A DNA stretch of 64,000 bases, from assembly GCA_023420115.1 (NCBI GenBank), contig JAEZWR010000036.1:2522-66521 (forward strand), written 5' to 3'. The notes under the pieces are model-generated. The model made no database searches and was not told the origin of the DNA. It saw only the letters and a list, made by a program, of their open reading frames with translations. Origin of the DNA: Bacillota bacterium. GTDB lineage: Bacteria > Bacillota > Clostridia > Saccharofermentanales > Fastidiosipilaceae. The position numbers were made by a program, and so were the translations under genes. Numbering within the stretch: the first letter of the stretch is position 1; every line of letters begins with the position of its first letter. This document shows positions 38,252 through 47,966 of the stretch, piece by piece.

Positions 38252-39934
38252 ATGAAGAAACGTTGCAATGGTATTTTGTGTCACATAAGTTCTTTGCCAT
38301 CTCCATTTGGGATTGGTGTATTTGGAGAAGAATTGATAGATTTTTGTAGTAGGCTGGCGGATTCTGAAGTTAGTTATCTACAAATACTTCCCATTACATA
38401 TCCATCTCAAGATTCCCCTTATCAAAGTTACTCAGCTTTTGCCGGAAATCCATGGTTTATAGATCCTAGGCAATTGGTTGAAGATAGATTGTTGCTTGAG
38501 AATGAATTACCTACATTTTATTATTCTGGAGATGAATGGAAAGTTGATTATGACTTTGTGCGTAGCAATTCAGAGCGATACTTGCGCACTGCTTACTTAA
38601 GGTTGAGTAAAGATAATATAGAAGAAATAGAGAGATTTATATCTGAATCATTTTGGCTAGAAGATTATGCTCTATTTATGACTGCTAGATCAAAGTTTGA
38701 CAATTTACCATTTTGGGATTGGCCGAATGATATTAAATTAAGAAATACTGAGGCTATGGCAAATTTTAAAATTCAGAATCATCATGAGTTTATGTACCAT
38801 TGTTTTGTTCAATGGCTATTTTACAGACAGTGGTCAGAACTTAAGCAAAAAATTAATGCACTTGGAATTGGTATTTTTGGAGATATACCATTTTATGTTG
38901 CCTCTGATTCTGCTGATATTTGGTCTTTCCCTGAATATTTTATGCTTCGCGATGATAGGAAGCCTCTTTTGGTCGCAGGAGTCCCGCCGGATTATTTTAG
39001 CGAGGATGGACAATTATGGGGAAACACAGTTTACAATTGGCAGAATCTTAAGGCCGATGGTTATGAGTGGTGGCTAAGACGTATCGCAAGCTCCCTGAGG
39101 CTTTATGATCTACTGCGAATTGATCATTTTAGAGGCTTCGAGTCATACTGGGTTGTTTCTGCGGAGGCAGAGACTGCAAGACATGGTGCATGGCATAAAG
39201 GGCCAGCTATGGATCTATTTAACAAGGTGAGAGAGCATTTAGGTGAGGTTAATATCGTTGCCGAGGATTTAGGGGATATAACAGCTGATGTTAAACAATT
39301 CTTGATTGATAGTGGTTTCCCAGGAATGAAAGTTCTTCAATTTGCCTTTGATAAGGCCTATCAAGGGAAAGACTTGCCTCACAATTATCCATTGAACACT
39401 TGTGCATATACAGGAACGCATGATAACAATACGACTTTAGGCTGGCTTTATGCTGCTAGCGAGCAAGAAAGAAATTATGCCTTAGATTACTGTGGATTTG
39501 AAAATAAGGAAAGATGGGGAGAGGGTGGACTAAAATCACCTGTCTGTCGCTCAATAATAAGAACCCTTTGGTCATCGGTTGCAAGGATGACAGTTATTCC
39601 TCTTCAAGATCTTTGTGGTTTTGGTGAAGATACAAGAATGAATGTGCCAGGTATTGCTAATGGTATGTGGCAAATCAGATTCCCAAAAGATGTCATAGCC
39701 AATATAGATTACGCTTGGCTGAAATCGATGAATCTGATTTATCAAAGGAATACAGATTATAGATTAGTATACGTTGACATGGCAGATACGGCTGATGAGG
39801 AGGAAGAGCTGGGTTTAGATAGTACTCTTACTTCTGTGGATATTATTGAATCATGTGAGATAAAAGATCCAATAGATGAGGAAATTCGAGCAGAAAATAA
39901 ACTCGATGAATCATTGGCAACTGATAGCCAGTAA
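38252..39934 (+). CDS. malQ: 4-alpha-glucanotransferase (amylomaltase)
   Basis: GILCHISSLPSPFGIG, LRIDHFRGF and YTGTHDNNT motifs. ATG at 38252 with a GGGGTGA RBS. Acidic C-terminal tail of ~55 aa. Confidence 0.9.
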   Translation: MKKRCNGILCHISSLPSPFGIGVFGEELIDFCSRLADSEVSYLQILPITYPSQDSPYQSYSAFAGNPWFIDPRQLVEDRLLLENELPTFYYSGDEWKVDYDFVRSNSERYLRTAYLRLSKDNIEEIERFISESFWLEDYALFMTARSKFDNLPFWDWPNDIKLRNTEAMANFKIQNHHEFMYHCFVQWLFYRQWSELKQKINALGIGIFGDIPFYVASDSADIWSFPEYFMLRDDRKPLLVAGVPPDYFSEDGQLWGNTVYNWQNLKADGYEWWLRRIASSLRLYDLLRIDHFRGFESYWVVSAEAETARHGAWHKGPAMDLFNKVREHLGEVNIVAEDLGDITADVKQFLIDSGFPGMKVLQFAFDKAYQGKDLPHNYPLNTCAYTGTHDNNTTLGWLYAASEQERNYALDYCGFENKERWGEGGLKSPVCRSIIRTLWSSVARMTVIPLQDLCGFGEDTRMNVPGIANGMWQIRFPKDVIANIDYAWLKSMNLIYQRNTDYRLVYVDMADTADEEEELGLDSTLTSVDIIESCEIKDPIDEEIRAENKLDESLATDSQ

Positions 39935-40033
39935 GGTTATTAATAAATATAAAAGTGACATTATAAAGTATCGTCTTGGCCTGTAAATTGTGCTAAAGAA
40001 TATTTGGCTAATTGTGATTATGAAACGAGTAAT

Positions 40034-40063
40034 AAAAGGGGGGAGAGAATGCCCCCTTTTATT
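40034..40063 (+). terminator. intrinsic terminator after malQ
   Basis: aaaagggggg / ccccctttt stem. Confidence 0.7.
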
Positions 40064-40176
40064 ATGTAAAAGCTGAATTGACAAAGTGTATAAGAGGTGA
40101 ATTCAATTGCTAGTGATAATAAACAATAATGTTTCATTAATGTGTCAGAAAACTATAAAAATATCAATTTATTTAC

Positions 40177-40204
40177 TTGACCAATTACAAAAATATGATA
40201 TTAT
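40177..40204 (+). promoter_or_regulatory. sigma-70-type promoter candidate for mglB
   Basis: TTGACC, 16-nt spacer, TG-n-TATTAT extended -10. Confidence 0.45.
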
Positions 40205-40269
40205 GCACAATATAAAGCGAGTCAGACATGTATTTATGTATGACTTTTATAAATAGGAGGAATTGTCCC

Positions 40270-41514
40270 ATGCATAAAAAAATTGCATTTACAGCATCTG
40301 TTTTGGCTATGAGTATGGCACTCGTACCGAGCTTAATGGTTAAGGCTAGTGAAGTCGCCAACAAGGATAAACCCTTAGTATGGTTTAACAGACAGCCTTC
40401 TAATAGTTCAACAGGTGAACTGGATAAGGAAGCCCTAACATTCAATAAGGATACATATTATGTAGGATTTGATGCTAATCAGGGTGCCGAATTACAAGGT
40501 CAGATGATTCTTGAGTATATCGAGAAAAATATTGAGACCATCGATAGAAATGGTGATGGTGTGATCGGTTATGTTCTTGCCATTGGTGATATTGGTCATA
40601 ACGACTCTATAGCACGTACAAGAGGCGTCCGCAAAGCTCTTGGTACAGCAGTAGAAAAGGATGGTGCTATTAATAGTGATCCAGTAGGTACCAACGTTGA
40701 TGGAACATCAACAGTCGTCACAGATGGTAAATTAAAAATTGGTGATAAAGAATATACAGTGAGAGAGCTTGCTTCTCAGGAAATGAAGAATGCCTCTGGT
40801 GCAACATGGGATGCTGCCACCGCTGGTAATGCAATTGGAACATGGACATCAACTTTTGGTGACGAAATTGACGTTATTGCTTCAAACAACGATGGAATGG
40901 GAATGTCAATGTTCAATGCATGGTCCAAAGAGAAAAAAGTTCCAACATTTGGATATGATGCTAACAGTGATGCAGTTGCCGCTATCGAAGAAGGATACGG
41001 TGGAACAATCAGCCAACACGCCGACGTACAGGCATACTTGACACTGCGTGTCTTACGTAACGCTCTCGATGGTGTTGACATTGATACAGGTATTGGCAAG
41101 CCAGACGAAGCCGGTAATGTTCTCACAGATAAAGACTATATGTATAACGAAGAAGAACGTTCATATTATGCACTTAACTTGGCAGTAACAGCTGAGAATT
41201 ACAAGGACTTCCTAGACTCAACTCAAGTTTATGAGCCAGTTGCTAAACAATTAGATCCAGAGAAGAATCCAGAAAAGAAAATTTGGTTGAATATTTATAA
41301 CTCATCAGATAACTTCTTGAGTTCAACATATCAGCCACTTCTCCAAAAATATGACAAGCTTCTCAACTTAAATGTTGAGTACATCGCTGGTGACGGACAG
41401 AATGAGTCAAATATTACAAACCGTTTGGCAAACCCAGCAGAGTTTGACGGTTTCGCAATCAATATGGTTAAGACCGATAACTCCGCATCTTACACAAGTA
41501 TTTTGAATCAATAA
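40270..41514 (+). CDS. mglB: galactose/methyl-galactoside ABC transporter substrate-binding protein
   Basis: Signal peptide and a type-I periplasmic binding fold (SNNDGMGMSMFNAW). GGAGG RBS before the ATG at 40270. Followed by mglA and mglC. Confidence 0.8.
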   Translation: MHKKIAFTASVLAMSMALVPSLMVKASEVANKDKPLVWFNRQPSNSSTGELDKEALTFNKDTYYVGFDANQGAELQGQMILEYIEKNIETIDRNGDGVIGYVLAIGDIGHNDSIARTRGVRKALGTAVEKDGAINSDPVGTNVDGTSTVVTDGKLKIGDKEYTVRELASQEMKNASGATWDAATAGNAIGTWTSTFGDEIDVIASNNDGMGMSMFNAWSKEKKVPTFGYDANSDAVAAIEEGYGGTISQHADVQAYLTLRVLRNALDGVDIDTGIGKPDEAGNVLTDKDYMYNEEERSYYALNLAVTAENYKDFLDSTQVYEPVAKQLDPEKNPEKKIWLNIYNSSDNFLSSTYQPLLQKYDKLLNLNVEYIAGDGQNESNITNRLANPAEFDGFAINMVKTDNSASYTSILNQ

Positions 41515-41546
41515 TTCAACTTAATTTAAATTGATTCTCGGACTTA

Positions 41547-41580
41547 GGGGTTTGAGGATGCTATCCTCAAGCCCTTTTTC
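41547..41580 (+). terminator. hairpin plus T-run between mglB and mglA (partial terminator/attenuator)
   Basis: ggggtttgaggat / atcctcaagccc stem followed by ttttt. Confidence 0.6.
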
Positions 41581-41647
41581 TTAATTTGGAATGATAAATA
41601 TTTATTAATATTCTAAATCAGTTAGAAACATGGTTTATAAAGGAAAT

Positions 41648-43183
41648 ATGATTGACAGTAATGTTAGAGATGATATTGTCTTATCCATCAGAGGGATGAG
41701 CAAGACCTTTGGGCGAAATCGAGTACTGGATAAAATTGATTTCGACATAAAAAAAGGTAGTATCATGGGGCTTATGGGAGAAAATGGTGCCGGTAAGTCT
41801 ACCATGATGAAATGTCTTTTCGGAACATATCAAAAAGACGAAGGTTCGATATTTTTAAATAATAAAGAAATTAACTTTTCTGGACCAAAAGAGGCACTGG
41901 AGAATGGTATCGCCATGGTTCACCAGGAGCTTAATCAATGCTTGGAGAGAAATGTAATTGATAATCTTTTTCTAGGCCGTTATCCAACAAATGCATTTGG
42001 CATAGTTGATAAAAGAAGAATGCAAAAAGAAGCATCTGAGTTATTCCGTAAGTTAGGTATGACTGTAGATCTCAATCAAACTATGAGAACTATGTCAGTT
42101 TCTCAGCGTCAAATGTGTGAAATAGTCAAGGCTATATCTTATGATTCTAAAGTTATTGTCCTTGATGAACCAACATCATCACTCACAGTGCAAGAAGTTG
42201 ACAAACTATTTGAGATGATGAGAATGCTTAGAGATCAGGGAATATCACTTATATATATTTCTCATAAAATGGATGAGATCTTTGAAATATGTGATCAGAT
42301 TTCTGTTCTTCGCGATGGAAAATTGGTAATGACGAAAGATATTGCGGATACTAATATGAATGAAATAATATCCGCAATGGTAGGGAGATCTTTGGATAAT
42401 CGCTTCCCTGAGGTAGACAATACTCCAGGAGAAGTTGTTCTATCAATAAAGAACCTATCAACTAAATTTGAACCATATCTTCAAGATGTCAGTTTTGATG
42501 TAAGAAAAGGTGAAATATTTGGTTTATATGGTCTAGTTGGTTCGGGAAGAACTGAGCTTCTTGAAACAATCTTTGGAATAAGAACTAGGGCGGCTGGTAG
42601 AGTTTATTACAAAAATAAATTGATGAATTTTAATGAAGTTAAAGAAGCAATGGATCATGGTTTTGCTTTGATAACAGAAGAAAGAAAGGCCAACGGGCTT
42701 TTTCTCAAAGCAGATTTGACATTTAACACCACCATTGCCAATTTAAACCAGTATAAAAATAGTTCTGGTTTAGCTTTGTCTGATTCTAAGATGACCAAGG
42801 CAACTGTTAATGAGATAAAGACAATGAGAACTAAGTGCATGGGACCTAATGATCTTATTTCAAGCTTGTCTGGTGGTAATCAGCAAAAGGTTATATTTGG
42901 TAAGTGGCTCGAGAGAACACCTCAAGTATTTATGATGGATGAACCTACTAGAGGTATTGATGTCGGTGCCAAATATGAAATATATGAACTGATAATAAAA
43001 ATGGCAAAAGCTGGCAATACGATCATAGTCGTATCGTCAGAAATGCCTGAAATTCTTGGTATCACAAACCGTATAGGTGTTATGTCCAATGGTAGATTGT
43101 CGGGTATAGTGAATACCAAAGATACCAATCAGGAAGAATTGTTGCGTCTAAGCGCTAAATATTTATATAGCGAGGGAGTATAA
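41648..43183 (+). CDS. mglA: sugar ABC transporter ATP-binding protein, duplicated cassette (MglA-type)
   Basis: Two ABC cassettes: Walker A GENGAGKST and GLVGSGRTE, signatures LSVSQRQM and LSGGNQQK. Confidence 0.9.
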   Translation: MIDSNVRDDIVLSIRGMSKTFGRNRVLDKIDFDIKKGSIMGLMGENGAGKSTMMKCLFGTYQKDEGSIFLNNKEINFSGPKEALENGIAMVHQELNQCLERNVIDNLFLGRYPTNAFGIVDKRRMQKEASELFRKLGMTVDLNQTMRTMSVSQRQMCEIVKAISYDSKVIVLDEPTSSLTVQEVDKLFEMMRMLRDQGISLIYISHKMDEIFEICDQISVLRDGKLVMTKDIADTNMNEIISAMVGRSLDNRFPEVDNTPGEVVLSIKNLSTKFEPYLQDVSFDVRKGEIFGLYGLVGSGRTELLETIFGIRTRAAGRVYYKNKLMNFNEVKEAMDHGFALITEERKANGLFLKADLTFNTTIANLNQYKNSSGLALSDSKMTKATVNEIKTMRTKCMGPNDLISSLSGGNQQKVIFGKWLERTPQVFMMDEPTRGIDVGAKYEIYELIIKMAKAGNTIIVVSSEMPEILGITNRIGVMSNGRLSGIVNTKDTNQEELLRLSAKYLYSEGV

Positions 43184-43184
43184 A

Positions 43185-44837
43185 ATGGCAGATAGAAGTG
43201 TAATTCTTACCGTTGATGATGAAAAGGCATTGAGACTGCCTATTGACACTTATGTCGGTGAGATTCAGAAAAAAATTGACCAATTAAGAATAGATGGTAC
43301 AGATAAAGTTTTGGCATTACAGAATCAAATTGATTCTTATAAACGAGACAGGCTGATTAGCAAAGAAGAGAAGCAGGAGAACATTGAAAGGTGCCGCAAA
43401 GAACTTCAAGCAGCTAAAGTTGTAGAGAATAAGAATCAGCCAGAAATTAAGACTTTAATTAATCAGGCGACATCTTATTTGAATAAGAATTACAATAAAG
43501 AGTATTACGATAAAGTAAAAGCTAGCACAGAGCAAGAGAAGATTCTTGCCAAGCAGGAATATCAAGAGAAACTGAATAGCTTAAAAAAGGAGCATGAGAA
43601 TACGGTTTCTAGCTTGACTGATGCAAAAGAAATAAAAGAAGAGAAATACATCTATAAAAATAGACGTTTCGACGCAAAGGTACAGCATGAGAAAAGACTT
43701 CAGCAGATAAAAGATAGACGCCATACGGCTTTTAGTCATAAGTATCACTTAATTGATCTTTTGCGAATGTCAAAATTCACTTTTATGGAGAATCGCATTC
43801 AAAAGTGGGAGAATTATAGGTATACATTCAACAAAAGAGATTTTTTCTTGAGAAATGGTCTATATATTGCAATTCTAGTTGTCTTTATTATCTTGAGTAT
43901 CATAACTCCTATAGTTAAGAATACTAAATTGCTTACCTATAATAATATACTTAATATTTTCCAACAGGCGTCACCGAGAATGTTCCTTGCATTAGGTGTT
44001 GCTGGTCTTATCTTACTTACTGGTACTGACCTATCAATTGGAAGAATGGTCGGTATGGGAATAACTACGGCTACAATTATTATGCATAAGGGTATTAATA
44101 CTGGTGGTGTTTTTGGAAAAATATTTGATTTTACCAATCTGTCTATCGGAGTGAGAATTATTTTTGCTCTCTTTATGTGCGTTATTTTATGCACAATTTT
44201 TACATCTATCGCAGGTTTCTTCACGGCAAAGTTTAAGATGCATCCATTTATCTCGACGATGGCCAATATGCTGGTTATCTTCGGTATTATGACTTATGCT
44301 ACTAAGGGTGTTTCGTTTGGTGCAATAGAGTCTGAGATACCAAATATTATTATCCCGAAATTAAATGGTTTCCCTACGATTATTTTGTGGGCGGTTGTTG
44401 CTATAGTAGTTGTTTGGTTCATTTGGAATAAGACTACATTTGGTAAGAATCTTTATGCTGTTGGGGGAAATCCAGAAGCTGCTGCAGTTTCCGGTATTTC
44501 AGTATTTGCTGTTACTATGGGTGCCTTTGTATTAGCTGGAATTCTATATGGATTCGGATCATGGCTAGAATGTGCTCGTATGTTTGGTTCTGGTTCTGCA
44601 ACATATGGTCAAGGATGGGAAATGGACGCAATCGCAGCTTGTGTTGTAGGCGGTGTCTCATTTACTGGTGGTATCGGTAAGATTTCCGGAGTTGTTGTTG
44701 GTGTAATAACCTTTACTGCTTTGACGTATGCTCTCACGGTCTTAGGAATTGATGCGAATTTACAATTCGTGTTCTCTGGAATTATCATTATGATTGCTGT
44801 AACACTTGATTGTCTTAAATATGTACGTAAGAAATAA
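43185..44837 (+). CDS. mglC: MglC-type sugar ABC permease with ~205-aa N-terminal Lys/Glu-rich extension
   Basis: The C-terminal ~335 aa align by eye to MglC (LALGVAGLILLTGTDLSIGR). The N-terminal part is charged and helix-like. GGGAG RBS. Start is 2 nt after the mglA stop. Confidence 0.85.
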   Translation: MADRSVILTVDDEKALRLPIDTYVGEIQKKIDQLRIDGTDKVLALQNQIDSYKRDRLISKEEKQENIERCRKELQAAKVVENKNQPEIKTLINQATSYLNKNYNKEYYDKVKASTEQEKILAKQEYQEKLNSLKKEHENTVSSLTDAKEIKEEKYIYKNRRFDAKVQHEKRLQQIKDRRHTAFSHKYHLIDLLRMSKFTFMENRIQKWENYRYTFNKRDFFLRNGLYIAILVVFIILSIITPIVKNTKLLTYNNILNIFQQASPRMFLALGVAGLILLTGTDLSIGRMVGMGITTATIIMHKGINTGGVFGKIFDFTNLSIGVRIIFALFMCVILCTIFTSIAGFFTAKFKMHPFISTMANMLVIFGIMTYATKGVSFGAIESEIPNIIIPKLNGFPTIILWAVVAIVVVWFIWNKTTFGKNLYAVGGNPEAAAVSGISVFAVTMGAFVLAGILYGFGSWLECARMFGSGSATYGQGWEMDAIAACVVGGVSFTGGIGKISGVVVGVITFTALTYALTVLGIDANLQFVFSGIIIMIAVTLDCLKYVRKK

Positions 44838-44878
44838 ACTTGTTTTTTTGATAAGGACTTATATATTAAAGATATTAT

Positions 44879-44908
44879 GGGGGATAGACTTCAGTCTGTC
44901 CCCTTTTT
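44879..44908 (+). terminator. intrinsic terminator after mglC
   Basis: gggggatagac / gtctgtcccc stem followed by ttttt. Confidence 0.75.
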
Positions 44909-45014
44909 ATATATGTAACAACTTTTATATGTGTGACAACAGCAGCTGGATTTTTAAATTATAATTTAGACAAGCGTATATAGGATTATAGGAGTTATTA
45001 GAAAGAAGAAGTAT

Positions 45015-45809
45015 ATGAAAATAATTATCTCTCCAGCCAAGAATTTAAGAGAAGAGTATTTAGATTTAGGCTTCATGGAGGAGAAAGAACTATATTTTCC
45101 TAAGGAGAATAAGGAGCTAGAGAAATATTTATATAATAAGAATATTGATGAGATTAATAGAATTTGGAAAATTTCAGATAAGCTTGCAAAAGAATCTCTT
45201 GAAAGATATAGAACTGCCTCTGGTAATAATGAGTATAGATTTGCAATCGAACTTTATAATGGAGCCGTATATAAGAATTTAGCTGTTGAAGAGCTAAGTC
45301 GAGATGACTTTAATTATTTGAATAGGAATTTAAGGATAATATCAGCGTATTATGGTTTACTAAGACCTAATAATCGTATTCTTCCATATCGTCTTGAAAT
45401 GGATAGTACAATTGATTTTAAATTGGATAATAATATATATAAATCGTTGTATGAGTACTGGGGAAATAAAGTTTGTGATAAGTTAGTTGCTGAACTTTCT
45501 CAAGATGAGAATGAATTTATAATTAATCTAGCTTCGAAAAATTATGCAAAATTAATTCTCAAACATTTACAAAAGGATATACCTATTTATGAAATTTTAT
45601 TCTATTGTTTGAGAAAAGGTAAAAGTAAGGATGAATACAAAAATATTGCAACTATTGCCAAAATACAAAGAGGAAAAATTTTACGTTATCTGACAGATAA
45701 TCGAGTGGAAGATATTGACGGAGTTAAAGAATACACTGGAGATGGTTTCACTTATGATTTTGAACTAAGTGATAATGATAAAATAGTTTTTGTTAGAGAC
45801 GAAAGATAG
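45015..45809 (+). CDS. yaaA: YaaA (UPF0246/DUF328) peroxide-stress protein family
   Basis: MKIIISPAK N-terminus and YYGLLRPNNRILPYRLEM motif. Confidence 0.85.
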   Translation: MKIIISPAKNLREEYLDLGFMEEKELYFPKENKELEKYLYNKNIDEINRIWKISDKLAKESLERYRTASGNNEYRFAIELYNGAVYKNLAVEELSRDDFNYLNRNLRIISAYYGLLRPNNRILPYRLEMDSTIDFKLDNNIYKSLYEYWGNKVCDKLVAELSQDENEFIINLASKNYAKLILKHLQKDIPIYEILFYCLRKGKSKDEYKNIATIAKIQRGKILRYLTDNRVEDIDGVKEYTGDGFTYDFELSDNDKIVFVRDER

Positions 45810-45870
45810 GTTTGATTTTTAGATTATTTATACGTATATATTGGTACTTATCAAATATAGGAGGGATTTA

Positions 45871-46581
45871 ATGAGCAGAAATAATAAGAGTATGGGTAAC
45901 AAGCATAAAATGAGTAAGGAAGAATTGAATAAATATAGTAGGAAGAGTTATGTTCAGTTGGCGATTTTCTTTGTTTCCTTACTGCTGCTAGTGATGGTTT
46001 TTTATTTCGTATCACGATTTATGCATAAAAATTCTAATAATGTGAGAAATGTTGATAAGAGTTTAGAAAGTTCACAGAGTCAGCTTGCATCTGAACTTGA
46101 GTCAAAAAATGATAAGTCCGAGTCCACGACTAATTCTGAAGAAGTAAGTACTTCTGAAGATAAGAGTGAAAGCAGTGAGGGAACAAAATCTACAACTACT
46201 TTTGATCCTAAGATGCGTGAGATATATGAATCTCATCTTAAGGGGACAGTTAAATTAAATGATATGGAAGTTTTGGAAAGACTACAGTCTGAGAACAAAG
46301 AGAAGAGTGTTGTGTATGTCGGTAGAGCAACTTGTCCTGATTGTTATGCTTTTGTCCCTATTTTAGAAGAGGCTATGAAAGAAATCGACCATACCATTTA
46401 TTATTATGACTGCGAGAATATGTCATCTGAGGTTAGAGAATATTTAAGTGGTTTGGGACTTGAATATATCCCGTCAATTTTGAAGGTAGAAAGTGATCAG
46501 ATAACAATTACTCAGGTCGCAAATGAGAATAAGAAAGAAGATGTAGTTTCTTTGATTAATGATTTTTTCGCTGAGTCTTAA
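45871..46581 (+). CDS. membrane-anchored thioredoxin-like protein
   Basis: N-terminal TM helix, Ser/Glu-rich linker, CPDC redox motif. GGAGGG RBS before the ATG at 45871. Confidence 0.65.
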   Translation: MSRNNKSMGNKHKMSKEELNKYSRKSYVQLAIFFVSLLLLVMVFYFVSRFMHKNSNNVRNVDKSLESSQSQLASELESKNDKSESTTNSEEVSTSEDKSESSEGTKSTTTFDPKMREIYESHLKGTVKLNDMEVLERLQSENKEKSVVYVGRATCPDCYAFVPILEEAMKEIDHTIYYYDCENMSSEVREYLSGLGLEYIPSILKVESDQITITQVANENKKEDVVSLINDFFAES

Positions 46582-46625
46582 TAAATTTTGAATTGATATT
46601 TTATTTAATAAGTTAGGTATAAGGA

Positions 46626-46670
46626 AATCGCCCGAGATTTAAGATGAATATTATCTTGTCTCGGGCGATT
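46626..46670. terminator. 12-bp stem hairpin between convergent genes
   Basis: aatcgcccgaga / tctcgggcgatt. Weak U-tracts on both strands. Confidence 0.5.
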
Positions 46671-46710
46671 AATTATCTCAATCATTATTTCCAAAGTTTA
46701 TATCTGCTAC

Positions 46711-47715
46711 TTATAGTCCTAGCTCACTGCCTATTTCAGAATTGTAGTATTGTCTATTATTTTTAGTGCCACTTTGGCGATCAAGATGGTCGAGAATACT
46801 ATCTTCTAATTTCTTCTCTGTTCTTGATTCAGTTGGTATAGACATATCATTTTGATTTATTCCTCGAGTTTTCTTTACTTCATCGAGTAAAAGATCGGAA
46901 GGACGCGAAGTCGCTTTTGCCCATAGTTCACGCCATTTTTTCTCATATTCTTGAGCTCTATCTACATCCATCTCTGGAACATCTTTTAGTCGATATTCTA
47001 AGCCTAGTGCATCATATTTTGGAATAGCGTGATTATGATAGGGCAAAACCTCAAGACTGATTACTTTATCCCCTAAAGGGAGAGCGATTGTTACAAGGTC
47101 GTCAATGCTGTCAAAATCATCTGTTATTCCCGGAACACAAACGTGCCTAAGTATAATTTTTCCATTAAAAAAGCGTTCATCCGAGCAAATTTTTATGAAA
47201 CGAAGTAGGCCCTTAATGGGAACTCTGCATAAATCTCGATATTCTTCATCGTTAGCAGCCTTGATATCAAGAATTATATAGTCAACCATAGGAAGCAGTT
47301 TTTTTAATGTTTCTTCTGAAGCACCATATCCTGAAGTGTCTAGACATATATTAAAGCCTTCTTCTTTTAATTTGGGGACAAAGTTGATAAGTGTTTTGGC
47401 TTGAACAAGACATTCGCCACCAGAGAATGTGATACCACCCTTTTTGCCATAATAGGGTTTATATCTTTTGGCAATGCTCAAAAGTTTATCATAATCCATC
47501 CAACCGGCAGGACCGTCATCAGAATGGGCAGGGCAGTACATATGACGATCTTTGCTAGGGACATGAAGATATGAGTCAGCTTGAGTTTCGGGATTGTGAC
47601 AATATGAACAACGAAGAGGACAGGACTGGAGAAAAAATACAGTTCGAATACCAGGACCATCAAGGGTACCCAAGCTTTCGAGAGAAGAAATAAGAAGTTG
47701 ATCATTTTGTGGCAT
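46711..47715 (-). CDS. pflA: pyruvate formate-lyase activating enzyme (radical SAM) with C-terminal extension
   Basis: GPGIRTVFFLQSCPLRCSYCHNPE. Lies downstream of pflB. About 80 aa of extra hydrophilic tail. Confidence 0.88.
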   Translation of the reverse strand: MPQNDQLLISSLESLGTLDGPGIRTVFFLQSCPLRCSYCHNPETQADSYLHVPSKDRHMYCPAHSDDGPAGWMDYDKLLSIAKRYKPYYGKKGGITFSGGECLVQAKTLINFVPKLKEEGFNICLDTSGYGASEETLKKLLPMVDYIILDIKAANDEEYRDLCRVPIKGLLRFIKICSDERFFNGKIILRHVCVPGITDDFDSIDDLVTIALPLGDKVISLEVLPYHNHAIPKYDALGLEYRLKDVPEMDVDRAQEYEKKWRELWAKATSRPSDLLLDEVKKTRGINQNDMSIPTESRTEKKLEDSILDHLDRQSGTKNNRQYYNSEIGSELGL

Positions 47716-47890
47716 AAGCCGATTGTCCTCCAGATTAATCTATATATGTAGTTGGTGATAAATATTAATTTTTGTGATAATTTGGAATATAGCTTTGGAT
47801 TTTAATGTTAACTTAGATTATGACTGTAAAGTAAAATAAAGTTGTCATAGATGATACGATGTATTATTTATGATATCGCTTATTTTTAAT

Positions 47891-47940
47891 AGAAAAAGAG
47901 CTGACAGCGAGGAGTGGTATTTAGTCCTCAGAGTCAGCTC
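47891..47940 (-). terminator. hairpin plus U-tract between pflB and pflA
   Basis: gagctgac / gtcagctc outer stem with inner pairing. The - strand continues with tttttct. Confidence 0.55.
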
Positions 47941-47966
47941 AAAATTTATCATTGTTTTATATGATA

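Noticed and set aside
46711-47715. The extended radical-SAM protein as the missing anaerobic sulfatase-maturating enzyme for the sulfatase at 17632
   Set aside because: It has the PflA-type N-terminal CxxxCxxC context and sits directly downstream of pflB. It lacks the additional SPASM Cys clusters of anSME.
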